From a virus (taxonomy: Duplodnaviria; Caudoviricetes): 64,000 nucleotides of DNA. Positions within the stretch are counted from its first letter, which is position 1. Every line of letters starts with the position of its first letter. A program made the translations under genes and the position numbers. Location: the IMG/VR virus record IMGVR_UViG_3300010167_000013, one strand, 5' to 3'. A model generated the notes under the pieces. That model saw only the letters and a list, made by a program, of their open reading frames with translations, was not told the DNA's origin and did no database searches. Of this stretch, positions 1 to 9,070 are shown in pieces.

Positions 1-229
1 CCCACAGTGTACGAATAGCCTTTTGTTTCTCTTCAGGCGTCTTGTCCAACATCGCTCTTATTTCGTCATAGGTGTAATCGCTGTCACCCAGTGCGCCAAT
101 ACTAACACGATAGAAGTCATCGAACCCGGGATACTTCTTTGCCAACTTAAGATCCACTTCTGCAGCTACTACAGATGTCAGTGAGAACACCATCAACAAT
201 ACCAACATGATTCCAGTTACTTTTTTCAT
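1..229 (-). CDS. Secreted or exported protein, N-terminal part (gene runs off the window start)
   Basis: Not in the ORF track. ATG at 229 with GGAGG SD upstream; reads MKKVTGIMLVLLMVFSLTSVVAA|EVDLKLAKKYPGF..., a basic-hydrophobic-AxA-type signal peptide; frame open to position 1. Confidence 0.7.
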   Translation of the reverse strand, partial: MKKVTGIMLVLLMVFSLTSVVAAEVDLKLAKKYPGFDDFYRVSIGALGDSDYTYDEIRAMLDKTPEEKQKAIRTLW

Positions 230-274
230 TCTAATACCTCCTAAAATATATTATATTTTTTATTCTATCTAACG

Positions 275-290
275 TAATAATATATTATTA
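275..290. promoter_or_regulatory. Palindromic TAATAATATATTATTA, putative bidirectional early promoter
   Basis: Perfect 16-bp palindrome with the TATATT core on both strands, located between divergent genes. Confidence 0.5.
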
Positions 291-321
291 CCTCAGAGGG
301 ATATACGATTGGAGGTTTGTC

Positions 322-1449
322 ATGAGAATACTGGTATTGGGTGATATTCACATTGGAAGTATCAAAGATACCAATTATGTGTACAATGTGATCACAGACA
401 TATTTGAGAAGGAGTTGATATTCAACAAGATCGACGCTGTGATATTTCTGGGGGACTTATTCCACAGACTAATGAAGGTAAATGAGGAGTACACGTCGTT
501 GGCAATAAACATCATGTCATATCTGGTGAGAATATGTAGGGGGAAAGAAATAAAGATTAGACTTCTCTACGGTACTGAATCACACGAAATGGGACAGTAT
601 CGTTTATTCAATTACCATCTCACCAACACCATTGATATGAAACTAATTGATACTGTCAGTGAAGAAGAACTATTCCCTGGAGTGAATGTTTTGTATTTTC
701 CAGAAGAATATGTCGAGTCCAAGGAACATCACTACTCTAAATACTTCCAGAAGAAATATGACTATGTCCTAGGTCATGGAATTATATCAGAAGGAATGCC
801 TATGATGGCATATGATACTGGGGCTAAGTCGAATGAGAAGAAGGTACCGCATTTCAAGTCAAAAGAACTATCTTCAATATGTAAGCTGTGTATCTTCTCG
901 CACTACCACATTCATACTAGAATAGAAAAGAATGTTTACTATCTAGGATCTCTCTTCAGAGATTCATTTGGAGAAGAAGAGGACAAGGGCTACGGAATAA
1001 TCGAAGATGGAAAATTCACATTTGTCAAAAATGAACAAGCACACATCTACAGAACGTATACGTTTGAAGAAGACTCTAATGTGTACATTGATACCGAAAA
1101 CCTAATATCCGAGATCAAGACAATCAAAGAAGATAATAAAGAAATATTTGAAGGTGAACGCTACGGACGAATCAGATTAATTTTCAAACTTCCTCAAGGA
1201 ATAGATCAAACATTCAAGGAGACTTTGAGGTCATTGTTGTTCAATGACAAGTATATCTCACCATTGATAAAGGAGCAATCGGAAGTAATCCAAGAGGTAC
1301 AAGAGACAATAGACGATGAGTACAATTTTATTCTGGATAACTCACTAGCTGTCACTGATAAGATTCATCGGTACATCAATAAACAATATGAATCGGATAT
1401 GAGTCTAGAAGAGCTAACCAAGTACATCAATGAAGAGTTCAAGGTATAA
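322..1449 (+). CDS. sbcD: SbcD/Mre11-like metallophosphoesterase nuclease
   Basis: GDIHIG, GDLFH, GTESHE and HYH phosphoesterase motifs; LGSL..SFGEEEDKGY; GGAGG SD. Confidence 0.88.
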   Translation: MRILVLGDIHIGSIKDTNYVYNVITDIFEKELIFNKIDAVIFLGDLFHRLMKVNEEYTSLAINIMSYLVRICRGKEIKIRLLYGTESHEMGQYRLFNYHLTNTIDMKLIDTVSEEELFPGVNVLYFPEEYVESKEHHYSKYFQKKYDYVLGHGIISEGMPMMAYDTGAKSNEKKVPHFKSKELSSICKLCIFSHYHIHTRIEKNVYYLGSLFRDSFGEEEDKGYGIIEDGKFTFVKNEQAHIYRTYTFEEDSNVYIDTENLISEIKTIKEDNKEIFEGERYGRIRLIFKLPQGIDQTFKETLRSLLFNDKYISPLIKEQSEVIQEVQETIDDEYNFILDNSLAVTDKIHRYINKQYESDMSLEELTKYINEEFKV

Positions 1450-1452
1450 GGT

Positions 1453-1491
1453 GATAACTAGGTGGGTGTATGATACACCCACCTAGTTATC
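1453..1491. terminator. Bidirectional hairpin terminator (18-bp perfect stem)
   Basis: GATAACTAGGTGGGTGTA-TGA-TACACCCACCTAGTTATC between convergent genes. Confidence 0.75.
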
Positions 1492-1514
1492 CATCATCAT
1501 CATTTTCAATTGCC

Positions 1515-2072
1515 TCATATATTCAGATCTATTGATACCAGTCTAACTACATCAATCGTGGTGAATTGGCTGTAAATTATGACATGATGTGCAAGACCAC
1601 CTTCGTACTGATCAGCTAATCCAAACTCAAGTCCTCGCTTCGTCAGTACCATTGGAACATTGAAGTGAATTAAGGGAACATTCTGAAGTATGTTGTACTG
1701 CTCTGGAAAGTACCCCTCATATGCTTCTCTCAATCTCCTGAGAGATTCCATTGCAGTTCTGTGTAGCTCCGTGTCGTGTTCAGTTGTGAGAGAATACGTC
1801 CAATGATCAATTTGATCCCAACTAGATATCTCTTCGTCGAATATCTGTTGGATCCGTTCAATCAAGATCGCAATGGATATGAAATCCCTCTCTGAACATT
1901 TGAACGTGTTGTCAACATACCGTGTTGTAGTTACGCCTCTGTTTGTCAGTATTAGGTCATCGTCACTACTCATAGTCTGGGTCCCTCCTAGTCCCTGGTA
2001 GTTTTTGTTCGGTTCCAATGTTCTCTTTTGATTTCTCATAAGACCTGTAATATCCAACTTCTGAACCTCCAA
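1515..2072 (-). CDS. Hypothetical protein (start uncertain)
   Basis: 185-aa ORF co-directional with its neighbours; no motif recognised. Confidence 0.55.
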   Translation of the reverse strand: MEVQKLDITGLMRNQKRTLEPNKNYQGLGGTQTMSSDDDLILTNRGVTTTRYVDNTFKCSERDFISIAILIERIQQIFDEEISSWDQIDHWTYSLTTEHDTELHRTAMESLRRLREAYEGYFPEQYNILQNVPLIHFNVPMVLTKRGLEFGLADQYEGGLAHHVIIYSQFTTIDVVRLVSIDLNI

Positions 2073-2238
2073 TTGTCAGTATTACTAGTGTTATCACTAG
2101 CCATGGGATAAAACCAAATACTGCTTGTGTCGTCAGTAAGAGTATTCCGCCAGTCCTACAAGATTTGTTACATATCAGTGTAACGACCAGTATGACAAGC
2201 CAGAAATTCTCCGTGACAAATGATAATAATTCATCCAT
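1966..2238 (-). CDS. Small membrane protein
   Basis: AGGAGG SD before ATG; two hydrophobic segments. Confidence 0.5.
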   Translation of the reverse strand: MDELLSFVTENFWLVILVVTLICNKSCRTGGILLLTTQAVFGFIPWLVITLVILTIGGSEVGYYRSYEKSKENIGTEQKLPGTRRDPDYE

Positions 2239-2254
2239 GAATACATACCTCCTA

Positions 2255-3142
2255 TCAGAATGGATCCGGGCTAGGATGCTTTATCCTAACATTTTCTGTG
2301 TAGGTGTGATCTCTGTTGCCAATAGTAGATCCCTGGGTGAAATCATCCCACACGATTGATGGGTTATCGTTGTTGAATAGATGATCGTATCCTCTCTGTA
2401 TCCAATCATGGTAGTATATCATGGCCCACTTTGTATCAACAGATGCAGTGTACACCAGTTGGAGTAAATTCAGAAGAGAATGTTTTTCTCCTATCCACTG
2501 TAGCTCTGGGAACCGATTTGAATACTTCTTGACCTGTTCTATTTTGTCCTTGAGATCATATATTTCTACCCACGGTGATCCATATTCAGTATTGAATGAA
2601 TTTACATCGGTATACATCTTCTCCTGGATTACCCTAATCTTCTCAATATCTTTCCCTAATTCAACACCAAGCTCGATGATAGGAGTTGCATAATTAGAAG
2701 CTGACAATGGATGTTCCCTCTCGTACACCATTTCTGCTTCCATGTGTGGATGATGATCATGCCTATCCCCAAGATATCCTCTCTCTTCTACTGGATAGGT
2801 AAGCTGATCGGATACGTGAAAAAAATGTGACGGAGCTGTGTGACCAGGATCGGGATAATTATAATTAGTAGGAGGAGGATCATTCCTACCTGTCAATAGA
2901 ATATCTTCATTGTAGAGTTCTGGATTACTCCCCTTGTGAAATATGAACTCTTCACCTTTCCAAGTTCCCTCCCTACGGTGATTAGCCTCAGCATCCGTGC
3001 TCTCCCCAATCACTGTATGAACATGGTCTATCGTATTTATTCGGTATCCTGATTCCATCGACAACAATGATATCTGTTTGGCTGTAGTATCCTTGATGCC
3101 ATTGATGATATTATTTATTCTAATTAGATCGCTGCCCATCAT
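2255..3142 (-). CDS. Hypothetical protein
   Basis: Long ORF; AGGAG SD suggests start at 3142/3139. Confidence 0.65.
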   Translation of the reverse strand: MMGSDLIRINNIINGIKDTTAKQISLLSMESGYRINTIDHVHTVIGESTDAEANHRREGTWKGEEFIFHKGSNPELYNEDILLTGRNDPPPTNYNYPDPGHTAPSHFFHVSDQLTYPVEERGYLGDRHDHHPHMEAEMVYEREHPLSASNYATPIIELGVELGKDIEKIRVIQEKMYTDVNSFNTEYGSPWVEIYDLKDKIEQVKKYSNRFPELQWIGEKHSLLNLLQLVYTASVDTKWAMIYYHDWIQRGYDHLFNNDNPSIVWDDFTQGSTIGNRDHTYTENVRIKHPSPDPF

Positions 3143-3194
3143 TGTACATCTCTCCTGACAATTCATTAATCATGATATTTAATAAAGGAGTTGT

Positions 3195-3545
3195 ATGTAT
3201 ATGCCTAAAATAGTAACACTGATTCCGGAAATAAAAGTATATTCTTACTACAACACAACGTTTTATGAAGCAACAGAAGTATCAGACAAGAAGTACACAT
3301 GCACCATAACCCTGCCAGCAAATCTAGGAGAAGAGAACATTGAGTACAAGTTCGAGGCATATGCGAATGATGTTGCTACTGGGCTATTTGCATTTGTGAC
3401 AGTTGAATGTGAAACTATCTACAATTATGAGACAATCAAATCATTTACTATTGATCCTGATACATTGTCTCACGAGGGTGGGCAAGTGACAATTACCATT
3501 GACTTCAATGAACCTGAAGAAGAGGAAGAAGATCCTGAACCGTAA
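3195..3545 (+). CDS. Beta-rich (Ig-like?) hypothetical protein with acidic EEEDPEP tail
   Basis: AAGGAG SD; alternating beta-strand pattern; followed by a hairpin. Confidence 0.6.
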   Translation: MYMPKIVTLIPEIKVYSYYNTTFYEATEVSDKKYTCTITLPANLGEENIEYKFEAYANDVATGLFAFVTVECETIYNYETIKSFTIDPDTLSHEGGQVTITIDFNEPEEEEEDPEP

Positions 3546-3550
3546 ATCAT

Positions 3551-3587
3551 AAATAATAGAGAGGGTGTTCAACCCTCTCTATTATTT
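3551..3587. terminator. Bidirectional hairpin terminator
   Basis: AAATAATAGAGAGGGT-GTTCA-ACCCTCTCTATTATTT between convergent genes. Confidence 0.75.
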
Positions 3588-4172
3588 TTAATATTCTGGA
3601 AACCTCTCCATATATAGCAATTCTACTTCACATCGAGGTTTAGCTGAATAAAATAATTCCTGCGTCGATTTTATTACTAAACAGTCATCCTTTAGCATAC
3701 CATGTTGAATAGCATCAGATACCCCCTTGGCATAGTTGTCGAAATCACCCGTTCTTTTCCATGGAAGTATCAGACCTAGTTCTGCTAGCACCTTATTCTT
3801 TATGCTGAACGAAGAAGGTGTCTTCTCGTATACTTTCATATTCAATATACATGGAGTATCGATGAACGGGAGATTGTTTTCCTTGGCAAATTCCTGAAAC
3901 CAATTAGCTTCCTCTTTTGCTCTTGGGACATACATATGAATATATCCCTTGGTACTATTTGCTCTTGGTCTAGCAGATGCTTTCACTATCTTCCACATAG
4001 TAAATGTAATCTTCTTGTATTTTATCTTCTTGATCTTCTTGGCCTCTTCAGCTATCTTGTTGTTGAATTTGTCATTGGTAGCGTTCTTCCCAAGTATGTA
4101 AGCAATCCTCCCCAACTGATCATTGGGAATGTTACCAAATTCTTGCTCATATAATTTATCTTCTCTTCGCAT
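3588..4172 (-). CDS. rusA: RusA-like Holliday junction resolvase
   Basis: DFDNYAKGVSD...KDD catalytic pattern and ARPR motif. Likely start MRREDK (AAGGAG SD); the longer ORF-track start overlaps the chaperonin gene. Confidence 0.8.
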   Translation of the reverse strand: MRREDKLYEQEFGNIPNDQLGRIAYILGKNATNDKFNNKIAEEAKKIKKIKYKKITFTMWKIVKASARPRANSTKGYIHMYVPRAKEEANWFQEFAKENNLPFIDTPCILNMKVYEKTPSSFSIKNKVLAELGLILPWKRTGDFDNYAKGVSDAIQHGMLKDDCLVIKSTQELFYSAKPRCEVELLYMERFPEY

Positions 4173-4248
4173 AGTCATCAACTCCTTATTATAATATTGA
4201 AGCTCATCAAACGTTATTATATAATTAGAATAGAAGGGATTTGATAAC

Positions 4249-6147
4249 ATGTCAGAGAAGAAACATTTTCTGGAGTACTCCAACAGAACCAATAGCAATA
4301 TTATTCCCAAGGATAGTTTCGATGATTTGGTCCAGGAGGTATTCGGAATAATATCAACAAATATCGCAAAGTCACTAGGTCCTCTTGGATCTTCAACTGT
4401 GATATTAGACGGCATGTTGACTAGTACTACCAAGGATGGTCATGCCATATTCAAAAGTTTTAGATTCCATAACCGATACAAGAATATGATATATAATTTG
4501 ATAAAAGCCCCCTGTACACGCCTCAACAATACCGTGGGTGATGGTACCACAACTGCCATTGTACTAACGAACTACCTATTCCAGTACTACCAGAAAATGA
4601 AATATGGGTTAGATTGTTACTACAGGCTTCCAAGAACATTTGTACAAACCTGGGATCATCTGATAGAAGAAATAGTAGAAAAGATCAAAGGATATGCTAC
4701 CCCATTGAACCCAGATGATTATGATCTTATTTACAGCCTGTCATATATCGCATCAAACGGTAATAGCGAGATCTGCAAAAATATTGCCGATACGTACAAA
4801 GATGCTAAGTCCCCTGTGATCAAATTGAAAAACTCTCCAACTAACAAGAGCTACATTACTCCGATCATAGGATTTGAGTTCCCTGCCAATCTCATTGATC
4901 AAGCCTATGTTAGAAACGAAGACCTCAGTACTGAAGAGAAGGATATCTGCGTGATGATATTCGACTACAAGATTGAAGCAGATATATGTTTGGATTTCAT
5001 TATTCCTATGAACGAAGTACTGAAGGCTCAAGGAAAGAAACTTCTGGTATTAGCTCCATACTATGATGCTCATTTGTCAAATACTACACTGAAGAGTTAC
5101 ATGAATCAAGAATATCAGAAGTATAAAAGCCTCAATCTCATACTTGCACAATATGCTATTGGGAAGCTGGATGATTATCAACTCCTAGATCTTTCTACCG
5201 TACTGAGGGCTATTGTCATCAACCAGGATATAGGACGAGAATTATTAGATGGATCTGGTAAGAATAAATTTTCTGGAATGACCGATGGAGAAAAATATGA
5301 ATTCGTTGAGGAAATCAAGGATACATCTCATCGGTATCATGGGCTAATTGGTACAGCAGCAACTGCTCTATTGTCATGCACAAATGGATCTATCTTCAGG
5401 GTAAACGATATTGAGACTGATGAAAGATACATGGATATGTTGAGATCTGCTGAAAAAGAACTTCAGTCGATAATCGGACGTACTGACAATGAGAAACAAG
5501 GATATGCATTTGAGATATCTAAAGCTCAGGCTAGGATATCACAGCTGAAGATGGAAAACTATCTATACTATATCGGATCGGATTCTGCTCTTCAGACTAA
5601 TATCATATGGGACTCGGTGGAAGATGTAGTAAAATGTATTCGTTCGGCTATAAAATCAGGAACTGTTCCAGGATGCCAGTTATCAATAGTGAGAGCCTGC
5701 ATGGAACTGACAAAGGAAATCGGATCTGATATCACAGACATGAAAGAACTTACTGATTCGCAGAAGTTAGAGATAGGTATACTACAGATGATACAAGATG
5801 CTGTCATCAATGTGTACAGATCGGTACTTCATGGTCCAGAAGGAAGAGGAATGATCAAGCTCGTTCCGATGTGGCAACATATCAGAGAAGAAGGAGCAGA
5901 TGATCTAATCAAGGAAGCAAATAGCAAATGTGATAGTATCATTGAAGAATCCGTGATACGGAATGAAGTATTTGATCTGGAGACACTAAAACACAATCCG
6001 AAGATAATAACATCAGCTGAGACAGATACCATGATATTGATCGCCTGCAGTGAACTGATAAAACTGTTGATATCAGGAAATCAATGTGTATTCTTGGATG
6101 CTGAGATCAACAATGCACATGATGAAGAAGCAGAAGCATACGTATAA
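4249..6147 (+). CDS. groEL: Phage GroEL-like chaperonin
   Basis: SLGPLG, TKDG, GDGTTTA and G.VPG motifs of the chaperonin equatorial domain. Confidence 0.9.
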   Translation: MSEKKHFLEYSNRTNSNIIPKDSFDDLVQEVFGIISTNIAKSLGPLGSSTVILDGMLTSTTKDGHAIFKSFRFHNRYKNMIYNLIKAPCTRLNNTVGDGTTTAIVLTNYLFQYYQKMKYGLDCYYRLPRTFVQTWDHLIEEIVEKIKGYATPLNPDDYDLIYSLSYIASNGNSEICKNIADTYKDAKSPVIKLKNSPTNKSYITPIIGFEFPANLIDQAYVRNEDLSTEEKDICVMIFDYKIEADICLDFIIPMNEVLKAQGKKLLVLAPYYDAHLSNTTLKSYMNQEYQKYKSLNLILAQYAIGKLDDYQLLDLSTVLRAIVINQDIGRELLDGSGKNKFSGMTDGEKYEFVEEIKDTSHRYHGLIGTAATALLSCTNGSIFRVNDIETDERYMDMLRSAEKELQSIIGRTDNEKQGYAFEISKAQARISQLKMENYLYYIGSDSALQTNIIWDSVEDVVKCIRSAIKSGTVPGCQLSIVRACMELTKEIGSDITDMKELTDSQKLEIGILQMIQDAVINVYRSVLHGPEGRGMIKLVPMWQHIREEGADDLIKEANSKCDSIIEESVIRNEVFDLETLKHNPKIITSAETDTMILIACSELIKLLISGNQCVFLDAEINNAHDEEAEAYV

Positions 6148-6151
6148 AAAG

Positions 6152-6182
6152 AAGTACAGGGGGATTAAATCCCCCTGTACTT
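6152..6182. terminator. Bidirectional hairpin terminator
   Basis: AAGTACAGGGGGAT-TAA-ATCCCCCTGTACTT. Confidence 0.75.
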
Positions 6183-6188
6183 TAATTA

Positions 6189-6668
6189 TTACGGTTCGGG
6201 ATCTTCCTCTTCGTCGTCTCCGTCATCCTCGGTGCCAAATACTTCTTCAAGGATGCCGAGAATATCGCCATTGGTGATTGGTTCAAGTTCATCCTTGGAC
6301 CAATAGTTATCAAGGTCTATTTCGCTGGTACCAAGGTTGATCCACGATTCTCCAACATATACCCATTGAACATAGACATTGGATTCTCCATCTTCAGGGT
6401 CAGCCTTAATCAAATAAATGATACCGGGTTCGCCTTCACCAGGAAGATCTTCTACTACCTCGAAATCAACGCCACTGATCTTGGAGAGAGACTCTTGAAG
6501 CAAGTCATAGACAGCTTGTGCAGAAGGGATTTCGTCGTTCGTACTCTCTTCATCGATCAAAGTAACCATGCGAGAGTTGATCTTGAGATCCATCTTGCCA
6601 ACGAGTTGAGCTGCTAAGAACTTTAAGCCATCAGCATCCAGAAAGTATCTTGTACTCGCCATTCTCAT
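6189..6668 (-). CDS. Putative virion fibre/accessory protein
   Basis: N-terminal YFLDADGLKFL; FEVVEDLP..GEPGIIYL...YVQWVYV...W..LG..EIDL.NY motif typical of Firmicutes phage fibre accessory proteins; C-terminal PITNGDILGIL. Confidence 0.6.
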   Translation of the reverse strand: MRMASTRYFLDADGLKFLAAQLVGKMDLKINSRMVTLIDEESTNDEIPSAQAVYDLLQESLSKISGVDFEVVEDLPGEGEPGIIYLIKADPEDGESNVYVQWVYVGESWINLGTSEIDLDNYWSKDELEPITNGDILGILEEVFGTEDDGDDEEEDPEP

Positions 6669-6705
6669 TCATTCCTTTCTTATTTTATTTTTTATACTTT
6701 TGTAC

Positions 6706-7191
6706 TCAGTCAGCAAGTACTTCGAGTATAAATTCCTCAGAGATTGGTTGAATGTCTAGTGATTCAAGTCCCTCAACTATTAATTTGAAATCATCCATGA
6801 GTTTCTCTAGAGCTGTTACTCTAATGGCTAATTGAGACAACGCTGTGCTGTCTTCTAGAGCTTTGATGCGATTCGAGAGAGCGGTTATGTCTCCAGTGAT
6901 ATTGTAGATGTTCGTGGTATGTTGAGATGTAAGAGTATTTAGGGTTGATACATTAGTAGCTAGAGTTGTCAAGTTAGGAAACCCAGCCAAGGTTGTTTCT
7001 ATGGTACTAATCTTCAACGATAGTGAACTAAGTATAGCTTGAAGTTCTGGATTACCTAGATCAATTTCTCCCAGTTCCCCATCTAATTTACCAAGCCATT
7101 CGATTATTCTTCTAGTCTGTCCTCCATCGAAGAACATCTTGTAGACAGGTCTGGTTGGTAATCTTGTCTTACTTGGTGCCATTTCAACCAT
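6706..7191 (-). CDS. Coiled-coil fibre-like protein
   Basis: Heptads (LSNRIKALE, LAIRVTALE); C-terminal PISEEFILEVL. Confidence 0.6.
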   Translation of the reverse strand: MVEMAPSKTRLPTRPVYKMFFDGGQTRRIIEWLGKLDGELGEIDLGNPELQAILSSLSLKISTIETTLAGFPNLTTLATNVSTLNTLTSQHTTNIYNITGDITALSNRIKALEDSTALSQLAIRVTALEKLMDDFKLIVEGLESLDIQPISEEFILEVLAD

Positions 7192-7199
7192 TCCCTTCT

Positions 7200-7565
7200 C
7201 TACGGTTTACCCTTACCAGATTTCATTTTGATCCCTAACTCCTTGAGAAGATCTTTGATCTGTTCTATTGACAGTGAGCTTATGTCATCGCATCCACAGC
7301 CTCCGAGCATCTCTTGTAGTGCTTCCAACTGTTCTGCAAATCCTTTCAGCAGTGCTTCTAGTTCAGGATTATTAAGATCAAGATCGCCGATATTACCAGA
7401 CATCCCCTTGAGGATTTCTAATATCTTTAGACGGATTAGTTGATCGTAGTATAGTTGGAATGAGGACTTCCCAGATGACGATGTACCGAGACCAGCCATG
7501 ATCGGATCTTCAGAAAACCCACCTGGCCTAGGTGGTAAGTTGGGACCGTAAATAGCAACTCCCAT
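7200..7565 (-). CDS. Hypothetical protein, partial paralog of 6706..7191
   Basis: GDLDLNNPELEALL versus GEIDLGNPELQAIL; GGAGG SD. Confidence 0.6.
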   Translation of the reverse strand: MGVAIYGPNLPPRPGGFSEDPIMAGLGTSSSGKSSFQLYYDQLIRLKILEILKGMSGNIGDLDLNNPELEALLKGFAEQLEALQEMLGGCGCDDISSLSIEQIKDLLKELGIKMKSGKGKP

Positions 7566-7583
7566 GGTTTAACCTCCTTCTAT

Positions 7584-9014
7584 TTATATAATTCCTATGT
7601 CAGATAATATATCGAGAATTTGACCTTCGGATAGAGGATTGATGTCATCACACCCACAACCACAGGAATTAGTTTCATCTTCCTCCTCATCCCCACAATC
7701 ACAGTTCGGATAGTCCTCACAGCAAGGCTCGTCTTCAGGTGGGTCGTCTGGATCATCTGGATCTTCCTTGTGTTTCCCCTTCCCTCTGAGAGCTTTCATA
7801 GATTCTATCAGCTTCATTACCTTGTCATATGGAATCTTCTGGGAATCCTTTTTATCCAAAAGCAAACGAATGAGAGTATCGATATCGATGTTCACAGAAT
7901 GTTTGTGCCTTGGTTTGTAGGTATGATCAAGGAACTGTGCCCCAAGGGCTTGAGCTACACGTTGGGTATTGTTGACAGCAGTTACATCATTCTTCCAAAT
8001 TGATATTTTGAATACTATTCTATGACCTGGATTGATCATGAACATTCTATTCACATGAGCCGTTCCACACGGAATTAGATATATCCGATTCTTCGGATCA
8101 TTGAGTTCTTGATGATGGAGAATGATATCCTTGGCTTGATTATCAAATCGATAGAATCTGTTGAACATTATCCAACTAGGAGGATGCATGAAATTGGCTT
8201 TATCACTACCATAAAAATCATCACAATTACATACCCCAGGAATACCAATAGCATGTTTATTCTGGTATTTCTGATGATGGTAGTAGGGATGAATATCATC
8301 ATCAAAGTCATCTATGTCGGATAACCACATGGCTGAATTACCGGCTGACTGTCTAGGACCTTCCCTTCTCATACACTCATAGAACATTTGAATAGAAGTT
8401 ATTCTGATGAGCATCCTATCCGTTCCATGTGTAAATTGATTCACACTAGAAACAATGGAATCCATGAAATTCACAATGATTGCATTATCATTGATATCTC
8501 TTGGGTTGATGTCGACGAAATAGTTTCTATCTCGTATTCTCAGGTCTTCGCTGGTGGAACGTATGACGTGTTTAGTCCTCTGATTCTCCAGTCGATAGTT
8601 CACTCTAACTATGATGCCACGCCTGATCACATCAAGTCGATGGTTCAACCTGTCGGAATGCCGTGTTATCATCTTCAGCAGTCCAATATTCTTCGTGTTA
8701 TTCCCAACTATATTCGGTAGTCCATCAGATGCTCTTTTGCCGATATCATCTATGCTAATATCGACTATTGCTCTCATGGACTCTTTTTCATCAACAAACA
8801 GATGACTTTTAATCAGAGAGCGATCTATTTGATGGAACTGCCTCCTATCCAAGTACTCTCCTAGTAAATACGGAAACCGATTCAGATCTAGAAAAGCATT
8901 GGTGTAACCAGGAGATTTATCAGGGATATGATGGTGATGATGGTCTTTCTTGAATACCTGGATATCTTCATCTACCCTGATGGGTGGACGTTTTCTACCA
9001 TGTGTTCTGCGCAT
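7584..9014 (-). CDS. Putative virion structural protein with Cys/acidic C-terminal tail
   Basis: 476-aa ORF, AAGGAG SD, AACA-N6-TA motif upstream. Confidence 0.6.
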   Translation of the reverse strand: MRRTHGRKRPPIRVDEDIQVFKKDHHHHHIPDKSPGYTNAFLDLNRFPYLLGEYLDRRQFHQIDRSLIKSHLFVDEKESMRAIVDISIDDIGKRASDGLPNIVGNNTKNIGLLKMITRHSDRLNHRLDVIRRGIIVRVNYRLENQRTKHVIRSTSEDLRIRDRNYFVDINPRDINDNAIIVNFMDSIVSSVNQFTHGTDRMLIRITSIQMFYECMRREGPRQSAGNSAMWLSDIDDFDDDIHPYYHHQKYQNKHAIGIPGVCNCDDFYGSDKANFMHPPSWIMFNRFYRFDNQAKDIILHHQELNDPKNRIYLIPCGTAHVNRMFMINPGHRIVFKISIWKNDVTAVNNTQRVAQALGAQFLDHTYKPRHKHSVNIDIDTLIRLLLDKKDSQKIPYDKVMKLIESMKALRGKGKHKEDPDDPDDPPEDEPCCEDYPNCDCGDEEEDETNSCGCGCDDINPLSEGQILDILSDIGII

Positions 9015-9054
9015 CTTAAAACTCCTTTCATGAACTTAGTTTGCTTCTAACACT

Positions 9055-9066
9055 TACATAGCTGTT
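9055..9066 (-). promoter_or_regulatory. Putative late promoter AACA-N6-TA
   Basis: Minus strand AACA GCTATG TA upstream of the 9014 start. Confidence 0.5.
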
Positions 9067-9070
9067 CCAG

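Noticed and set aside
4173-4433. Long N-terminus of the RusA ORF, and likewise 53956-54060 of the fibre ORF
   Set aside because: They overlap the opposite-strand gene or promoter; better SD-linked starts exist downstream.
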